Below, piece by piece: positions 1 through 9,915 of a DNA stretch of 44,880 nucleotides; position 1 is the stretch's first letter; every line of letters starts with the position of its first letter. Below the pieces are notes generated by a model. It worked only from the letters and a program-made list of their open reading frames with translations, did not search any database and was not told the origin of the DNA. The stretch comes from Planctomycetota bacterium (GTDB lineage Bacteria; Planctomycetota; MHYJ01; WSZJ01). The DNA lies in assembly GCA_038060895.1 (NCBI GenBank), contig JBBTCT010000035.1, positions 1-44,880 on the forward strand. The letters are read 5' to 3'. The position numbers and the translations under genes are program-made.

Positions 1-2011
1 TCAGGAGGAAGGGGGCGAGGTGGTGGAGGAGGTAGGCGAGGCCGGTCGTGCCGTCGAGAAGATCGGCTCTGTCAAACCCAAGGTCCTTCAGCGCGTCCGG
101 CTCGATCGTGAACCAGTAGCTTGTGGTCTGCATTTCCTGGTCGGGGAGCTGGACGTCGCCGTAGCCGACGTTTTCGCGGGTGGCGAACTTGATCTTCTTG
201 AATCCGCTGACGCGCCAGGCGACGTGGACTTCGCCGTGCTCGCGGCTGGCGGCCGGGGCTTCGGCGTGGTCGAAGATATCGATGACACGGACGGAGGTGT
301 TCGTGATCGCCTCGGTGTAGTAGTCGACGTCCACGGGCTTCACGTAGGCGCGGTGCTGGGCGTAGTCGAGCTGCGTGACGTGGTACGGCTTGCTTTCGCA
401 GAGGTAGATGGCCTCGGGGTAGACGGTTGACGGCGCGCTCTCGAAATCGACCTCCGCAATCACTCTGTTCTGCTGCGACTGGTCCATGATCACGAAGTTC
501 TCGTTGTTCACGCTGCGGAGGGGGACGGTGTCGGCGGGGTAGACCTGGCTGGCCCAGTGCCACGAGCCTCCGGCGGAGTGGAGGATCTTGCGCTCACCGA
601 GAATTCCGAGGATCTCGGTGACGTTCCCGAGGTTTGAGGCTGGTCCGAACGCTTCGCCGGAAGCTATGGGCAGCTCGAACGCCGCGCATTTGAGGTGCTC
701 AACGAGGATCGACAGGTTGTCGGGGTTCACGAGCCCGTGTTCGGGCGACCGTCCGAAGAAGTAGTCGGGGTGCGCCGCGAGAAACTGGTCCATCGGTTCA
801 CTTCTTGCCACGAACGCCGCGACCGAGAGGCCGCTTCGGCGCCCTGCGCGCCCCGCCTGCTGCCACAGGCTCGCGATCGTGCCCGGATATCCCGCGATCA
901 CCGCCGCGTCGAGCGCGCCGATGTCGATCCCGAGCTCAAGCGCATTCGTCGACACGACCCCCTGGATGTTCCCCGCCCGCAGTTCCCGTTCGATCTCCCG
1001 CCGCGTGTTCGGCAACAGCCCGCCGCGGTACGCGCGGATGCGGCCCGCGTCGTGCGGCATCTTCTCAAACCGCTCCTTGAGGTACGTCGTCAGTACTTCG
1101 GCATTCAGGCGGCTCGTCGTGAACACGATCGTCTGCACCCCTGCCTTGATGAACTCCTCCGCAATCCGCCTCGACGCCGTCACGTACGAGCCGCGGATCC
1201 CGAGCTCGCGGTTCACGATCGGCGGGTTGTAGATCAGGAACAGTTTTTCGCCCGCAGGCGCGCCGGTCTCGTCGATCAGCTCGACCGGCCGCTCCACCAG
1301 CTTCTCCGCCAGCTCCTTCGGATTCGCAATCGTCGCCGAACACAGGATGAACTTCGGGTCGCTCCCGTGAAACCGGCAGATCCGCTTCAGCCGCCGGAAG
1401 ACGTTCGCGAGGTGCGAGCCGAAGACGCCGCGGTAGGTGTGAAGCTCGTCGACCACCACGTACTTGAGATTCTGGAACAGCTTCGCCCATTTCGTGTGAT
1501 GCGGCAGGATCCCCTGGTGCAGCATGTCGGGGTTCGTGACGACGATCTGCCCCGAAGCCTTGATCGCGCGGCGGGCGTCGTCGGGCGTGTCGCCGTCGAA
1601 CGTGTGCGCCTTGATCGAAGCTCCCGTCCCGGCAATGACCTCGTCGAGCTCGGCAAGCTGGTCCTGCGAGAGCGCCTTCGTCGGGAACAGGTAAAGCGCC
1701 CGGCTCGATGGATCGTCCAGCATCGCCTTCAGCACCGGCAGGTTGTAGCAGAGCGTCTTCCCGCTGGCAGTCGGCGTCACCACGACAAAGTCCTTCCCCG
1801 ACAGCGCCAGCTCCGCCGCCCGCGCCTGGTGAACGTACGGCCGCTCAATCCCGCGCTTCGCGAACGCCTCGCGCAGCTTCTCCGGCACCGCCGCCGGCCA
1901 GTCCGCGTGCCGCGCCGCCCGCGCCGGTAGCCGCTTCATGCCCGCCAGCGTCCCTTTCCGTGTCCATTCCGCGACAAGCCGTTCGAGAAGAGCCTCCGGT
2001 ACCGAACTCAT
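1..2011 (-). CDS. DEAD/DEAH-box helicase, YprA/MrfA (Hrq1-like) family; 3' end lies beyond the left edge
   Basis: Absent from the ORF track because it is open-ended. Manual translation from ATG at 2011: MSSVPEALLERL...TPTASGKTLCY (Walker A)...YLFPTKALSQDQ...VVDELHTYRGVFGSH (DExH)...SATIANP...STNALELGID...QQAGRAGR. Confidence 0.9.
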   Translation of the reverse strand, partial: MSSVPEALLERLVAEWTRKGTLAGMKRLPARAARHADWPAAVPEKLREAFAKRGIERPYVHQARAAELALSGKDFVVVTPTASGKTLCYNLPVLKAMLDDPSSRALYLFPTKALSQDQLAELDEVIAGTGASIKAHTFDGDTPDDARRAIKASGQIVVTNPDMLHQGILPHHTKWAKLFQNLKYVVVDELHTYRGVFGSHLANVFRRLKRICRFHGSDPKFILCSATIANPKELAEKLVERPVELIDETGAPAGEKLFLIYNPPIVNRELGIRGSYVTASRRIAEEFIKAGVQTIVFTTSRLNAEVLTTYLKERFEKMPHDAGRIRAYRGGLLPNTRREIERELRAGNIQGVVSTNALELGIDIGALDAAVIAGYPGTIASLWQQAGRAGRRSGLSVAAFVARSEPMDQFLAAHPDYFFGRSPEHGLVNPDNLSILVEHLKCAAFELPIASGEAFGPASNLGNVTEILGILGERKILHSAGGSWHWASQVYPADTVPLRSVNNENFVIMDQSQQNRVIAEVDFESAPSTVYPEAIYLCESKPYHVTQLDYAQHRAYVKPVDVDYYTEAITNTSVRVIDIFDHAEAPAASREHGEVHVAWRVSGFKKIKFATRENVGYGDVQLPDQEMQTTSYWFTIEPDALKDLGFDRADLLDGTTGLAYLLHHLAPFLL

Positions 2012-2027
2012 ACCTAACTCCTGGGCG

Positions 2028-2052
2028 AAAAAAAAGAGCCCTCGAGGGGCTC
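2028..2052 (-). terminator. Intrinsic terminator after the response regulator gene
   Basis: Minus strand GAGCCC-CTCGA-GGGCTC hairpin followed by a T run, 17 nt past the stop at 2070. Confidence 0.8.
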
Positions 2053-2069
2053 ATGGATGTTTCGAAAAC

Positions 2070-2693
2070 CTAGCCGTTCGAGACGGCCCTGTTCGTTACG
2101 GTGGTGCCGCGCCGCTCGATCCCGAGCAGCGAGTAGACCGTTTCCTTGAGCCCCTTGACGTCGGGCTTCGCGACGAACGCGTCCGCGCCGGCCTTGAGAA
2201 CTTTCGGCTTCAGGCGCGGGTAGCCGCTGAACACGACGACCGGAACTCCGGTCAGTTCTTTCGACGCCTTGATGAACTCCAGCACTTTTTCGCCGCGCAT
2301 GCCCGGGATCTTGAGGTCCAGGATGATCAGCTCGGGCTTGGCCGTGCCGCAGGCGAAGAGCGTGTCGACGGCGTTGTTGGCGATGCGCACTTCTACGGAG
2401 AGGCGCACGTCGAGGGAGAAATTCGCCTTCAGCGCCTTCAGGAGGACCTCGTCGTCGTCCACCATCAGGATGCGCTTCTTTTCGCCGCCGATTTCCGTCC
2501 GGTCCAGTTCTTCGCGCGGGATGCCGAGCCGGTCCATGAAATCGGTGAGGTACTGGCGCGGGACGCGCAACTCGCCCTTGTCACCCCGGGTCTTGTAGCC
2601 CTTGAGGATGCCTTCCTCGTGACGCTTGAGGACGGTCGGGACTGAGATGCCGCAGATGCGACCGACTTCGGCGGAAGTGAAAAACCGCTTCAT
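2070..2693 (-). CDS. Response regulator with N-terminal excisionase/MerR-like HTH and C-terminal receiver domain
   Basis: MKRFFTSAEVGRICGISVPTV (HTH), then ILMVDDD...LIILDLKIPG...VVFSG...FVAKP receiver motifs. AAGGA SD precedes ATG 2693; alternative ATG at 2723. Confidence 0.85.
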   Translation of the reverse strand: MKRFFTSAEVGRICGISVPTVLKRHEEGILKGYKTRGDKGELRVPRQYLTDFMDRLGIPREELDRTEIGGEKKRILMVDDDEVLLKALKANFSLDVRLSVEVRIANNAVDTLFACGTAKPELIILDLKIPGMRGEKVLEFIKASKELTGVPVVVFSGYPRLKPKVLKAGADAFVAKPDVKGLKETVYSLLGIERRGTTVTNRAVSNG

Positions 2694-2728
2694 TTGGGAG
2701 TCCTTGGAGCTGGAGATGACCATGGGCA

Positions 2729-2757
2729 AGTGTAGATAAGCTCTCCCGTCGGGTCAA
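2729..2757 (-). promoter_or_regulatory. Sigma70-type promoter for the response regulator
   Basis: Minus strand TTGACC-N17-TACACT within an AT-rich divergent intergenic region. Confidence 0.65.
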
Positions 2758-2938
2758 CAAAAACGTTAAAATGGTAAAGTATGTCGAGAACATGAGGTAT
2801 TGGGGCAAGCTTCACGCCCCTAAAGACTTGTGAAAGATTCAGCCTTCACAAACGTACCCGGATGCACGCACGAGGAACTCCTCCTTGCCGCCCCCGGCGT
2901 GCGCCGAAAGAGTATAAAGCGCAGTCTTGGAGCCTCCC

Positions 2939-3673
2939 ATGAAGCCCCTGATCGGCCTTAACCTGAACCAGGAAAAGAACGTCTATTCGCTTCAGCACCC
3001 TTACTGGAACGCCGTAGTGGAGTCGGGCGGGATCCCCGTCCCCATTGCGCCGCTGACGTCCCTGGACGACGTTGACGCCATCCTTGAGGTGCTGGACGGG
3101 CTGGTCCTGACCGGCGGCGGAGACATCGACCCGGCGCGCTATGGCCATGCCCAGCACCGCGCGCACGCGCCGGTCGCGCAGCCCAAGCACGACGCCGACT
3201 TCCAACTCGCCGCGCGCGCCCTCGAATTCGAGTTGCCGATCCTGGGAGTCTGCTACGGGATGCAGCTCCTCACGGTGCTTCACGGCGGTGACCTGCTGCA
3301 GGACGTGCCTACGATGGTGAAAGGCGCGCTGGAGCACTGGGGGGATCCCCCGAAGGACGGCGAGCATCCCATCCGGGTCGAAAAGGGGAGCCTTCTCCAC
3401 AGGATCCAGGGGTGCGAATCACTCCTCGTGAACAGCCACCATCACCAGGCGGCGGGGAAGACCGGCACCCTCAAGGTCACGGCGCGCACCGAGGACGGCG
3501 TCGTGGAAGCGGTGGAGCCGTCCCAGCCGTCGAAGTCCTTCCTCCTGGGAGTCCAGTGGCACCCCGAGCGCATGAAATCACAGGCCGACGGACTGGCGCC
3601 TTATCGTGCGCTTATTGCGGCTGCCGCGCACTACCGGGACGGAAGCGGGTTCGACGTGACCATTCTCAAGTAA
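2939..3673 (+). CDS. Gamma-glutamyl-gamma-aminobutyrate hydrolase family (peptidase C26, class I glutamine amidotransferase-like)
   Basis: LVLTGGGDIDP, LGVCYGMQ (nucleophile Cys), VNSHHHQA, GVQWHPE motifs; GGAG SD before ATG 2939. Confidence 0.9.
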   Translation: MKPLIGLNLNQEKNVYSLQHPYWNAVVESGGIPVPIAPLTSLDDVDAILEVLDGLVLTGGGDIDPARYGHAQHRAHAPVAQPKHDADFQLAARALEFELPILGVCYGMQLLTVLHGGDLLQDVPTMVKGALEHWGDPPKDGEHPIRVEKGSLLHRIQGCESLLVNSHHHQAAGKTGTLKVTARTEDGVVEAVEPSQPSKSFLLGVQWHPERMKSQADGLAPYRALIAAAAHYRDGSGFDVTILK

Positions 3674-3697
3674 GCAGGCACTCCCGGTGAAGCGCCG

Positions 3698-3735
3698 TTT
3701 TGGAGTCGGAGTTGGGGTTGGAGTTGGCCTTTTCC
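3698..3735 (+). repeat. Intergenic (GGAGTT/GGGGTT)n repeat copy
   Basis: 21-nt core GGAGTTGGGGTTGGAGTTGGC at 3708-3728 is identical to 15138-15158; it lies between convergent stop codons. Confidence 0.7.
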
Positions 3736-3742
3736 GCCCTCC

Positions 3743-5050
3743 CTACCGCCCAGCCCACTCCCGCCGAATCCTCGCCAATCTCCCCGCCAACCTCCCCAGC
3801 CCCAGGTTTCCCGTCCCCCCGATGTGCGACCGCATCCTGAGCGCCCCGTCGAGGTCCGGCACCTTCCACTTTCCCGCCTGCTCCGCCACCTGCCGGTACG
3901 CATCCCTCCATGGCACGCCGCTGGACACGCGCCGAAGCGCTTCGTCCGTCGCGAACAGCTCTGGCGTGCACGCCGCGCGGCACCGCTTCTCGTCGAAATC
4001 CAGGTGCGGGACGACGTGGGCCATCACCTGGAGCGTGGCCAGCGCGTGGGAAACGCCGCGCAGAAACGGCTCCTTGGTGAGCTGATAGTCGCGGTTGTAG
4101 CCGGACGGGAGTCCCAGGAGCGTTTCGCGGACCTGGTGCTCGCAGGACGAAACAAACGCGTAGGCGCCGCGTGCCAGCTCGAACACGTCGGGATTTTTCT
4201 TCTGCGGCATGATCGAGCTTCCCGTCGTGAACTTCTCGGGCAGCTTGATGTACCCGAACTCTTCCGCGCTGAACCACACCACGTCCGTCGCGAGCCGGTT
4301 GACGGAGAGCATCAGGAACGACAGCCCCGCGAGGATCTGCGCCTCGATCCGGCCGCGCGCGTTCTGCGCCGCCAGCACGTTCTCGTGCACCCGCCCGAAT
4401 CCCGCGGCCTCCGCAACCAGCGCGCGGGGCATGGGAAGCGGCACGCCGTAGCCCGCGGCGCTTCCGAGCGGTGACCGGTCGGCGAGTGCGTATCCGACGG
4501 AGAGCATGGCGATGTCATCGGCGATGGTCTCAGCGTGCGCCCCGGCCCACAGTCCGGCGGATGAGAGCATGGCGCGACGCGTGTGCGTGTACCCCGGCAT
4601 CGGAATGCGCTCGTTGTGACGCGCGAGCCCCATCAGCGCGTGCGCGAGGTCAAGCGCCGCATCGGAAATGAGGCGGAGGCGGTCCTTGGCGAAGAGGCGA
4701 AGCGCGGCGACGATCTGGTCGTTGCGCGAGCGCCCGGTGTGGACCTTCTTCCCGAGGTCGCCCAGCTTCTTCGTCAGCTCGAGCTCGATCGCCGTGTGTC
4801 CGTCCTCGTGCTCCGGCTTCGCGCGGAACCGCCCCTTCTCCCAACGCGCCAGCAACCGCTCCATTTCTTTCGCGAGCCGGTCCGCTTCCTTCGGCGTGAG
4901 CACGCCAAGCTGGACCAGCCCCCGCGCGTGGGCGATCGAGGCCTTCAGGTCGTACGGCAGGAGTTCGTTGTCGAGCTCCCAGTCCGATCCCGCGCAGTAG
5001 GCCTGCGTCAGCGCGTCGGGCGACAACCCTTTGAACCAGAGCGTCGGCAT
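3743..5050 (-). CDS. argH: Argininosuccinate lyase
   Basis: HTGRSRNDQ, MPGYTH, GSSIMPQKKNPD fumarate-lyase signature, LPSGYNRD; clustered with arg genes. Confidence 0.95.
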   Translation of the reverse strand: MPTLWFKGLSPDALTQAYCAGSDWELDNELLPYDLKASIAHARGLVQLGVLTPKEADRLAKEMERLLARWEKGRFRAKPEHEDGHTAIELELTKKLGDLGKKVHTGRSRNDQIVAALRLFAKDRLRLISDAALDLAHALMGLARHNERIPMPGYTHTRRAMLSSAGLWAGAHAETIADDIAMLSVGYALADRSPLGSAAGYGVPLPMPRALVAEAAGFGRVHENVLAAQNARGRIEAQILAGLSFLMLSVNRLATDVVWFSAEEFGYIKLPEKFTTGSSIMPQKKNPDVFELARGAYAFVSSCEHQVRETLLGLPSGYNRDYQLTKEPFLRGVSHALATLQVMAHVVPHLDFDEKRCRAACTPELFATDEALRRVSSGVPWRDAYRQVAEQAGKWKVPDLDGALRMRSHIGGTGNLGLGRLAGRLARIRREWAGR

Positions 5051-5109
5051 GCGGGCAGTCTAGGGAAGGGTGTTCGGAATGACGCGCTTTTCACGCCGCG
5101 CCGCCGTCG

Positions 5110-5826
5110 CTACTTCAGCACCTTTGTCATGTCGTCGTTGTATTTCGCCTCGTTCTTCTTCCACCACTCCACCCACAAGGGGTGCTGCTGCATCCGTTGC
5201 CCGGTCAGCCGGGCCAGCGCCGCGATGACTCTCAGATCGGCCGCGGGGGGAGGGGAGCCCTTCGCCGGCTTGCCCGCCCGGTCTTCGATTCCCTTCAGCA
5301 GGAGCATCAGCGCTTCAACGCTTTTCTTATGGCGGATCCCCGCAAGGGACTCGATCGCGGCGTCGACGGTCGGAAGAGTCGCGGTTTCTTTCTTTTTCAG
5401 CTGCTTGTCGATCCAGGACTTCAGCACGGCGATCGAAGACGGCAGGGCAACCGCCTCGATCGCCCTTAAGATCGCGAGGAAGATCGGGCTTTTCTCCTCG
5501 TTGGCCGTGAATCCCGACTCCAGCGCCGTTGCGGCCTCCGCGACGCCCTTCATCAGGCTGAGGGCTGCGACGGCCTTGGTCCGAATGTCGTCGGCCGGAT
5601 TCGCCAGCAGGGGTGCCAGCGCGTTGGCGGTGAGGGCATGCGGGGTAAGGCCGCAGCCGGCAATGGCGACGGTCTTCTCGTCATCGGTGCCGTCCTTCAT
5701 CGCGAGAATGAGTGCATCCACTTTCTCCTGCGCGATCTCCGCTTCCGTCTTCGGCGGCGGATCCTCGGCCAGGACAGACGCGGCGAGCGCGAGCACGGCG
5801 GCTGCCGCGAGCATCAGGCGATTCAT
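5110..5826 (-). CDS. Exported HEAT-repeat-like protein
   Basis: Signal peptide MNRLMLAAAAVLALAASVLA; helical repeats (IRTKAVAALS, AAIESLAGI, VIAALARLTG); WVEWWKK end motif; GGAG SD. Confidence 0.6.
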   Translation of the reverse strand: MNRLMLAAAAVLALAASVLAEDPPPKTEAEIAQEKVDALILAMKDGTDDEKTVAIAGCGLTPHALTANALAPLLANPADDIRTKAVAALSLMKGVAEAATALESGFTANEEKSPIFLAILRAIEAVALPSSIAVLKSWIDKQLKKKETATLPTVDAAIESLAGIRHKKSVEALMLLLKGIEDRAGKPAKGSPPPAADLRVIAALARLTGQRMQQHPLWVEWWKKNEAKYNDDMTKVLK

Positions 5827-5928
5827 GGTTCTCTCCGGATCGCGAAGGGGGTTCCACAATCTAGCGTTTTCCGCCCCGCATGAAACGTCCAGATCGCCTC
5901 CGACGCAGGACGACTCTTGCTCACGCTT

Positions 5929-6855
5929 TCAGAGCCGGAGCCCGCGGACTTCAGGAAAGCCGAGCAGGAGGTTCATGTTCTGCACGGCCTGTCCTGCGGC
6001 GCCTTTGCCGAGGTTGTCGATCGCGCTGATCACGACGAGCCGCCCCCTGCCGTCCGACTCGAATCCCCCCAGCACCGCGCGGTCCGTTCCCCGCACGTCC
6101 CGGAAGTCCGGGATCTTCTCCTGCACCTTCACCACCGGCTCGTTCCGGTACGCATCCTCGTACAGTTCGCGGAAATTGCCGTCGCCGCGCACGAACAGGT
6201 GCGCCGTCACGATGAGGCCGCGGAACGAGGGGACGACGTGCGGCGTGAAGTGGACCATCATCCCGAGAGCGCGCTCGATCTCCGCGACGTGCGCATGGTT
6301 CGCGAGGTGGTACGGCATGAGATTGTCGGCCAGCACCTTCGGGTCGTTCCGTTCGTTGGGCTTGCGTCCCGCCCCCGAATAGCCGCTCTTCCCGTCGAAC
6401 ACCGCGCGTTCGACCAGCCCTTCTTTCACCAGCGGCCACGCTGCCAGGAGGCACGCCGTCGCGTAGCACCCCGGATTCGCGATGGCATCCGACGTCGCGA
6501 TCTCCCCCCGGAACAGTTCCGGCAGCCCGTAGCGCCACTCGCCGCGCCAGTCGCGCGACAGGTCGATCAACTTCGACTTCGTGAAGAGCGGCGCGAGACG
6601 CTTCGCAATCCCTTCGCTCGTCGCGAAAAAAACCAGGTCGGGGTGAAGCTCCGCGATTTGCTCCGGCGTTTTTTCCGAGAAGCGCTCTTCGCCCTGCCAG
6701 TCCGTGAACACCTCGCGAAGCGGCTTCCCGGGCGACGACTCGCTCTGGAGCGCGATGACCTCGACGCCGCCGTGGCCCCGCAGGATGCGCGCGAGCTCGC
6801 CCCCGGCGTAGCCGGAAGCGCCGAGGACGGCAACAGTTTTGCGGGAAGCGGTCAT
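5929..6855 (-). CDS. argC: N-acetyl-gamma-glutamyl-phosphate reductase
   Basis: GASGYAGGEL, IANPGCYAT (catalytic Cys), SGYSGAG, IDNLGKGAAGQAVQNMN. Confidence 0.95.
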   Translation of the reverse strand: MTASRKTVAVLGASGYAGGELARILRGHGGVEVIALQSESSPGKPLREVFTDWQGEERFSEKTPEQIAELHPDLVFFATSEGIAKRLAPLFTKSKLIDLSRDWRGEWRYGLPELFRGEIATSDAIANPGCYATACLLAAWPLVKEGLVERAVFDGKSGYSGAGRKPNERNDPKVLADNLMPYHLANHAHVAEIERALGMMVHFTPHVVPSFRGLIVTAHLFVRGDGNFRELYEDAYRNEPVVKVQEKIPDFRDVRGTDRAVLGGFESDGRGRLVVISAIDNLGKGAAGQAVQNMNLLLGFPEVRGLRL

Positions 6856-7053
6856 GGAACGGCCAGACTTTAGAGACTCTTCGCGACGAAGGAAAGGACC
6901 CATCGCTGGCCTCGAGGATCAAATTGGCTTCAGGCTCACGGTCGTTGCGCTCTGCGGCGCGTCACTTTCGATGACGGCATGGCCGGCGTTCCCCGGGTCG
7001 CGAACTTGCTGACCGTTCGAATCACGAGGCCTGCCCGCCCGCCCGCGTACGTC

Positions 7054-8364
7054 CTACTTCGGCCTCAGCGGATCCTGCAATGTCGGCGGCAGCTTCAGCG
7101 CCACCTTGATCGCCTTGCGGATCTGCGATTCACGCAGCCCGATCCAGAACACGGTCCAGTTCCCGAACTTCACCGCGCCCGTGGACTGCTCGAAGTACCA
7201 CGAGTTGATCGGGTTGTCGGAGCGGGAGCGCCAGAAGAGCTTCGGATACTTCTGGAGCATCGCGAGCCAGACGTCGCGGCCGAGGCCCTCGCCCTGGGCT
7301 TCCTTTCTCACGGCGAACTTGTCGAGGTAGTCCATCCCGGCCATCTTGCGCATGACGGCGCAGCCGCGGTATTTCGGGTCGAGGAAAACCGAGGTGATGT
7401 CGCGCTGGAAATAGTCGCGAACGAGCTTGCGGCCGAAACTGGCCTCGATCAAAGTGCGCATCCGGTCGCGATTGATTCCCTTCCAGGACTTGTGCTCCTC
7501 GATTTCGCTGCCGAGCTTGATGAAGGTGCCGGAGCCCTTGACGGTGAAGAGCTCCTTGATCAGCGAGTGGGGGCTCGTGATGGTCACGAACATCGTCGTG
7601 GGGAGATCGTCGAGCAGTTGCTTGGTCTCGCGCAGCTTGAGCGCCATTCCGCCCGTGACTTCGCCGCGGTCCTGCATGCCCTGCAGGTCGGCCGTGAGGT
7701 TGATGAACGGGATGATTTTGCCGTTCCCGTCGCGCACGCCCCCTTCGTCCGTGAGGAGGATGAGCTTCTTGGGGCGCAGCGCCATGACCAGCGCGCGCGC
7801 GACGACGTCGGCGTTGACGTTGAGCGGCTGGCCGTAGTCGTCGAAGCCGACGGGGGAGACCACGGGGATCCGGTCCATGCGGATCGCGCGAAAGATCGGC
7901 TTGAGGTCGATGCCCGTGACTTCGCCGACGAATCCCAGGTCCCGGTCCGGATGCGGGCGCGCCTTCACGGCCAGCCGGATCCCCTCGGCGTCCCCTCCCT
8001 GCGCGCGGATCGCCTCGACGAGCTTCCGGTTCTGGTCCTCGAGAACTTCGCGGATCACGTCAATCGCCTCGCGCGACGTCACTCGCAGGCCGTCTTTCTT
8101 CTCGAACGCTATCCGCCGCACGTCCAGCTCACGGTCGATCTGCGGCCCGCCTCCGTGGACGATCACCGGGAACAGGTCGAGATTCGTCAGATAGGCCAGG
8201 TCGCCCGACAGCACCGGCATCGTCTCGGCCAGCGTCTTCCCGCCGACCTTGATCACCGCAAACCGCGACGGATTCCCCTTCTTGAACAGCCGGAGGTAAT
8301 TGTTCGCCTCCTTCGTGTTGCCGATGTTCTTGAAAAAATTAATGATGAACTCGTAATTCTCCAC
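7054..8364 (-). CDS. argB: Acetylglutamate kinase with C-terminal NAT (DUF619) domain; Xanthomonas/vertebrate-like NAGS/K type
   Basis: AVIKVGG, VHGGGPQI, NVNAD, GGMALKL kinase motifs, then YLDKFAV...LFWRSR..NPINSWYF NAT domain. GTG 8364 has a GAGGAAG SD; the upstream part of the 614-aa ORF overlaps argG and is spurious. Confidence 0.88.
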   Translation of the reverse strand: MENYEFIINFFKNIGNTKEANNYLRLFKKGNPSRFAVIKVGGKTLAETMPVLSGDLAYLTNLDLFPVIVHGGGPQIDRELDVRRIAFEKKDGLRVTSREAIDVIREVLEDQNRKLVEAIRAQGGDAEGIRLAVKARPHPDRDLGFVGEVTGIDLKPIFRAIRMDRIPVVSPVGFDDYGQPLNVNADVVARALVMALRPKKLILLTDEGGVRDGNGKIIPFINLTADLQGMQDRGEVTGGMALKLRETKQLLDDLPTTMFVTITSPHSLIKELFTVKGSGTFIKLGSEIEEHKSWKGINRDRMRTLIEASFGRKLVRDYFQRDITSVFLDPKYRGCAVMRKMAGMDYLDKFAVRKEAQGEGLGRDVWLAMLQKYPKLFWRSRSDNPINSWYFEQSTGAVKFGNWTVFWIGLRESQIRKAIKVALKLPPTLQDPLRPK

Positions 8365-8522
8365 GTTCGTCTTCCTCACGGGTGCGGCGCCGGCGCCGCG
8401 GGCCAGTCCTTCAGGGGGATGCCAGGGAAGAAACGGGTCGCCTGTTCGCGCGCCGTTCCCCTTGCGCTCTTCGACAGGACGCCGGCCGCGCACGTCGCCG
8501 GGTCCCTTGTACAACCCCTCGC

Positions 8523-9839
8523 TCACGGTCGGTCGCGCCTCGCCGCCGTCACCGTGGACAGCCCGAACAGCTTCACGAACGCCGCCGCCTCGTCCGGCGT
8601 CCAGGCGCTCGACTGCGCGTAAACCGTTCCCTTCTGGCGCAGCTCGTTCGGGGATTCGTACGCGACCGGAAGAGCCGTTCCGCGGTGCAGCTTCACCGTC
8701 ACCGTCCCTTTCACACAACTCTGCATCGAGGCCAGCATCGTCTCGAGATCGCGGGCCAGCGGATCGTAGAACAGCCCGTTGTACGCCAGCTCCGTCCACT
8801 TCTTCCCGATCCCGTCCTTGAACTGGTTCTGCTCCTTCGACAGCACCGCTTCTTCCAGCGCCCGGTGCGCCACCAGCACCGTGTGCAGCCCCGGGCACTC
8901 GAACGCGATCCGCCCCTTGATCCCGATGACGCAGTCGCCCGTATAGATGAAGCGCCCGACGCCCTGCCGCCCCGCGATTTCATTCAGTCGCCGCAGGATC
9001 TCGATCCCGTGCAGCTTCTTTCCGTTCAGCGACACCGGGAGTCCGGCGTCGAAGCCGATCGTCACACGGTCCGCTTTCAATGGCGCTTTGTCGGGGGAAG
9101 CGGTGATCGTCCACGCGTCCTCCGCGGGCTCCTCACGCCGGTCGATCTCGCTCCCGGAAATCGTCACGCCGAACACGTTCTGGTTCACCGAGTACCGCGA
9201 GTGCCGCTTCGCAACCCCGAACCCTTTTTCTTCCAGGTACTTCATCTCCCGGTCCCGCACGTTCCCGCCCCCCGACGCCTGGAAGTCGCGGATCGGCGCC
9301 AGGATGTTGTCGCAGCCCAGCGCGCGAAGGGTGACGTCGAAGCGCACCTGGTCGTTCCCCATCCCGGTGCAGCCGTGCGCGACGCCGTCGGCATTGAAGC
9401 GCTTCGCGAACTGCACCGCTTTTTCCACGATCAGGTAGCGATCCGCGCACATGACGGGGTACATCTGCTGGTAAGTCCCGTTCGCGCGGATGCAGTGCGC
9501 GATCATGCGGTCGTAGATTTCTTTCCGGCCGTCGACGAAGAAGTGCTTCTTTGCGCCGAGCTCGCGGGCGCGCTTTCCGATTTCCCGGACCTTCTCGGGC
9601 GAAAACCCACCGGTGTCGACCAGCACGGTGATCACGGCCCACCCGCGCTCGCGCAGCCAGGGCACGCAGAAAGACGTGTCCAGGCCTCCCGAAAACGCGA
9701 GCACCGCGAGCTTCCGCTCCACCCGCCGGGGGCTCTTTGCCGCCTTGGCCAGCGTCTTCTCAATGCTCGCCAGCGTGCGGCGGTCGGAATCGGACAGGAG
9801 AGCCTCGGCCTTGCGGACAAGCGACTCGGACGTCTTCAT
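8523..9839 (-). CDS. argG: Argininosuccinate synthase
   Basis: LAFSGGLDTS, AHGCTGMGNDQVRFD, IGIKGRIAFECPG. True start could be the GTG at 9722. Confidence 0.93.
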   Translation of the reverse strand: MKTSESLVRKAEALLSDSDRRTLASIEKTLAKAAKSPRRVERKLAVLAFSGGLDTSFCVPWLRERGWAVITVLVDTGGFSPEKVREIGKRARELGAKKHFFVDGRKEIYDRMIAHCIRANGTYQQMYPVMCADRYLIVEKAVQFAKRFNADGVAHGCTGMGNDQVRFDVTLRALGCDNILAPIRDFQASGGGNVRDREMKYLEEKGFGVAKRHSRYSVNQNVFGVTISGSEIDRREEPAEDAWTITASPDKAPLKADRVTIGFDAGLPVSLNGKKLHGIEILRRLNEIAGRQGVGRFIYTGDCVIGIKGRIAFECPGLHTVLVAHRALEEAVLSKEQNQFKDGIGKKWTELAYNGLFYDPLARDLETMLASMQSCVKGTVTVKLHRGTALPVAYESPNELRQKGTVYAQSSAWTPDEAAAFVKLFGLSTVTAARRDRP

Positions 9840-9879
9840 CGACGGGGGACCCCGAAAGGGCGATTTGGGCGAGCGGCGG

Positions 9880-9907
9880 ATTATAGCGGTGGGGGGGGTG
9901 GGGGCAA
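9880..9907 (-). promoter_or_regulatory. Sigma70-type promoter of the arg cluster
   Basis: Minus strand TTGCCC-N16-TATAAT, 40 nt upstream of the argG ATG. Confidence 0.65.
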
Positions 9908-9915
9908 GGAAGGGG

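Noticed and set aside
695-1930. Long alternative ORFs (e.g. 695..1930+, 4583..6382+, 6979..8622+, 8382..10028+, 24425..25810-)
   Set aside because: Antisense or frame shadows of well-supported genes; no recognisable motifs.
8365-8898. Apparent long N-terminal extensions in ORF-track calls (argB 614 aa, MlaF 655 aa, TlpA 394 aa, desaturase 615 aa)
   Set aside because: The extensions overlap upstream genes in another frame; internal starts with SD sequences or stop-start overlaps fit family lengths.
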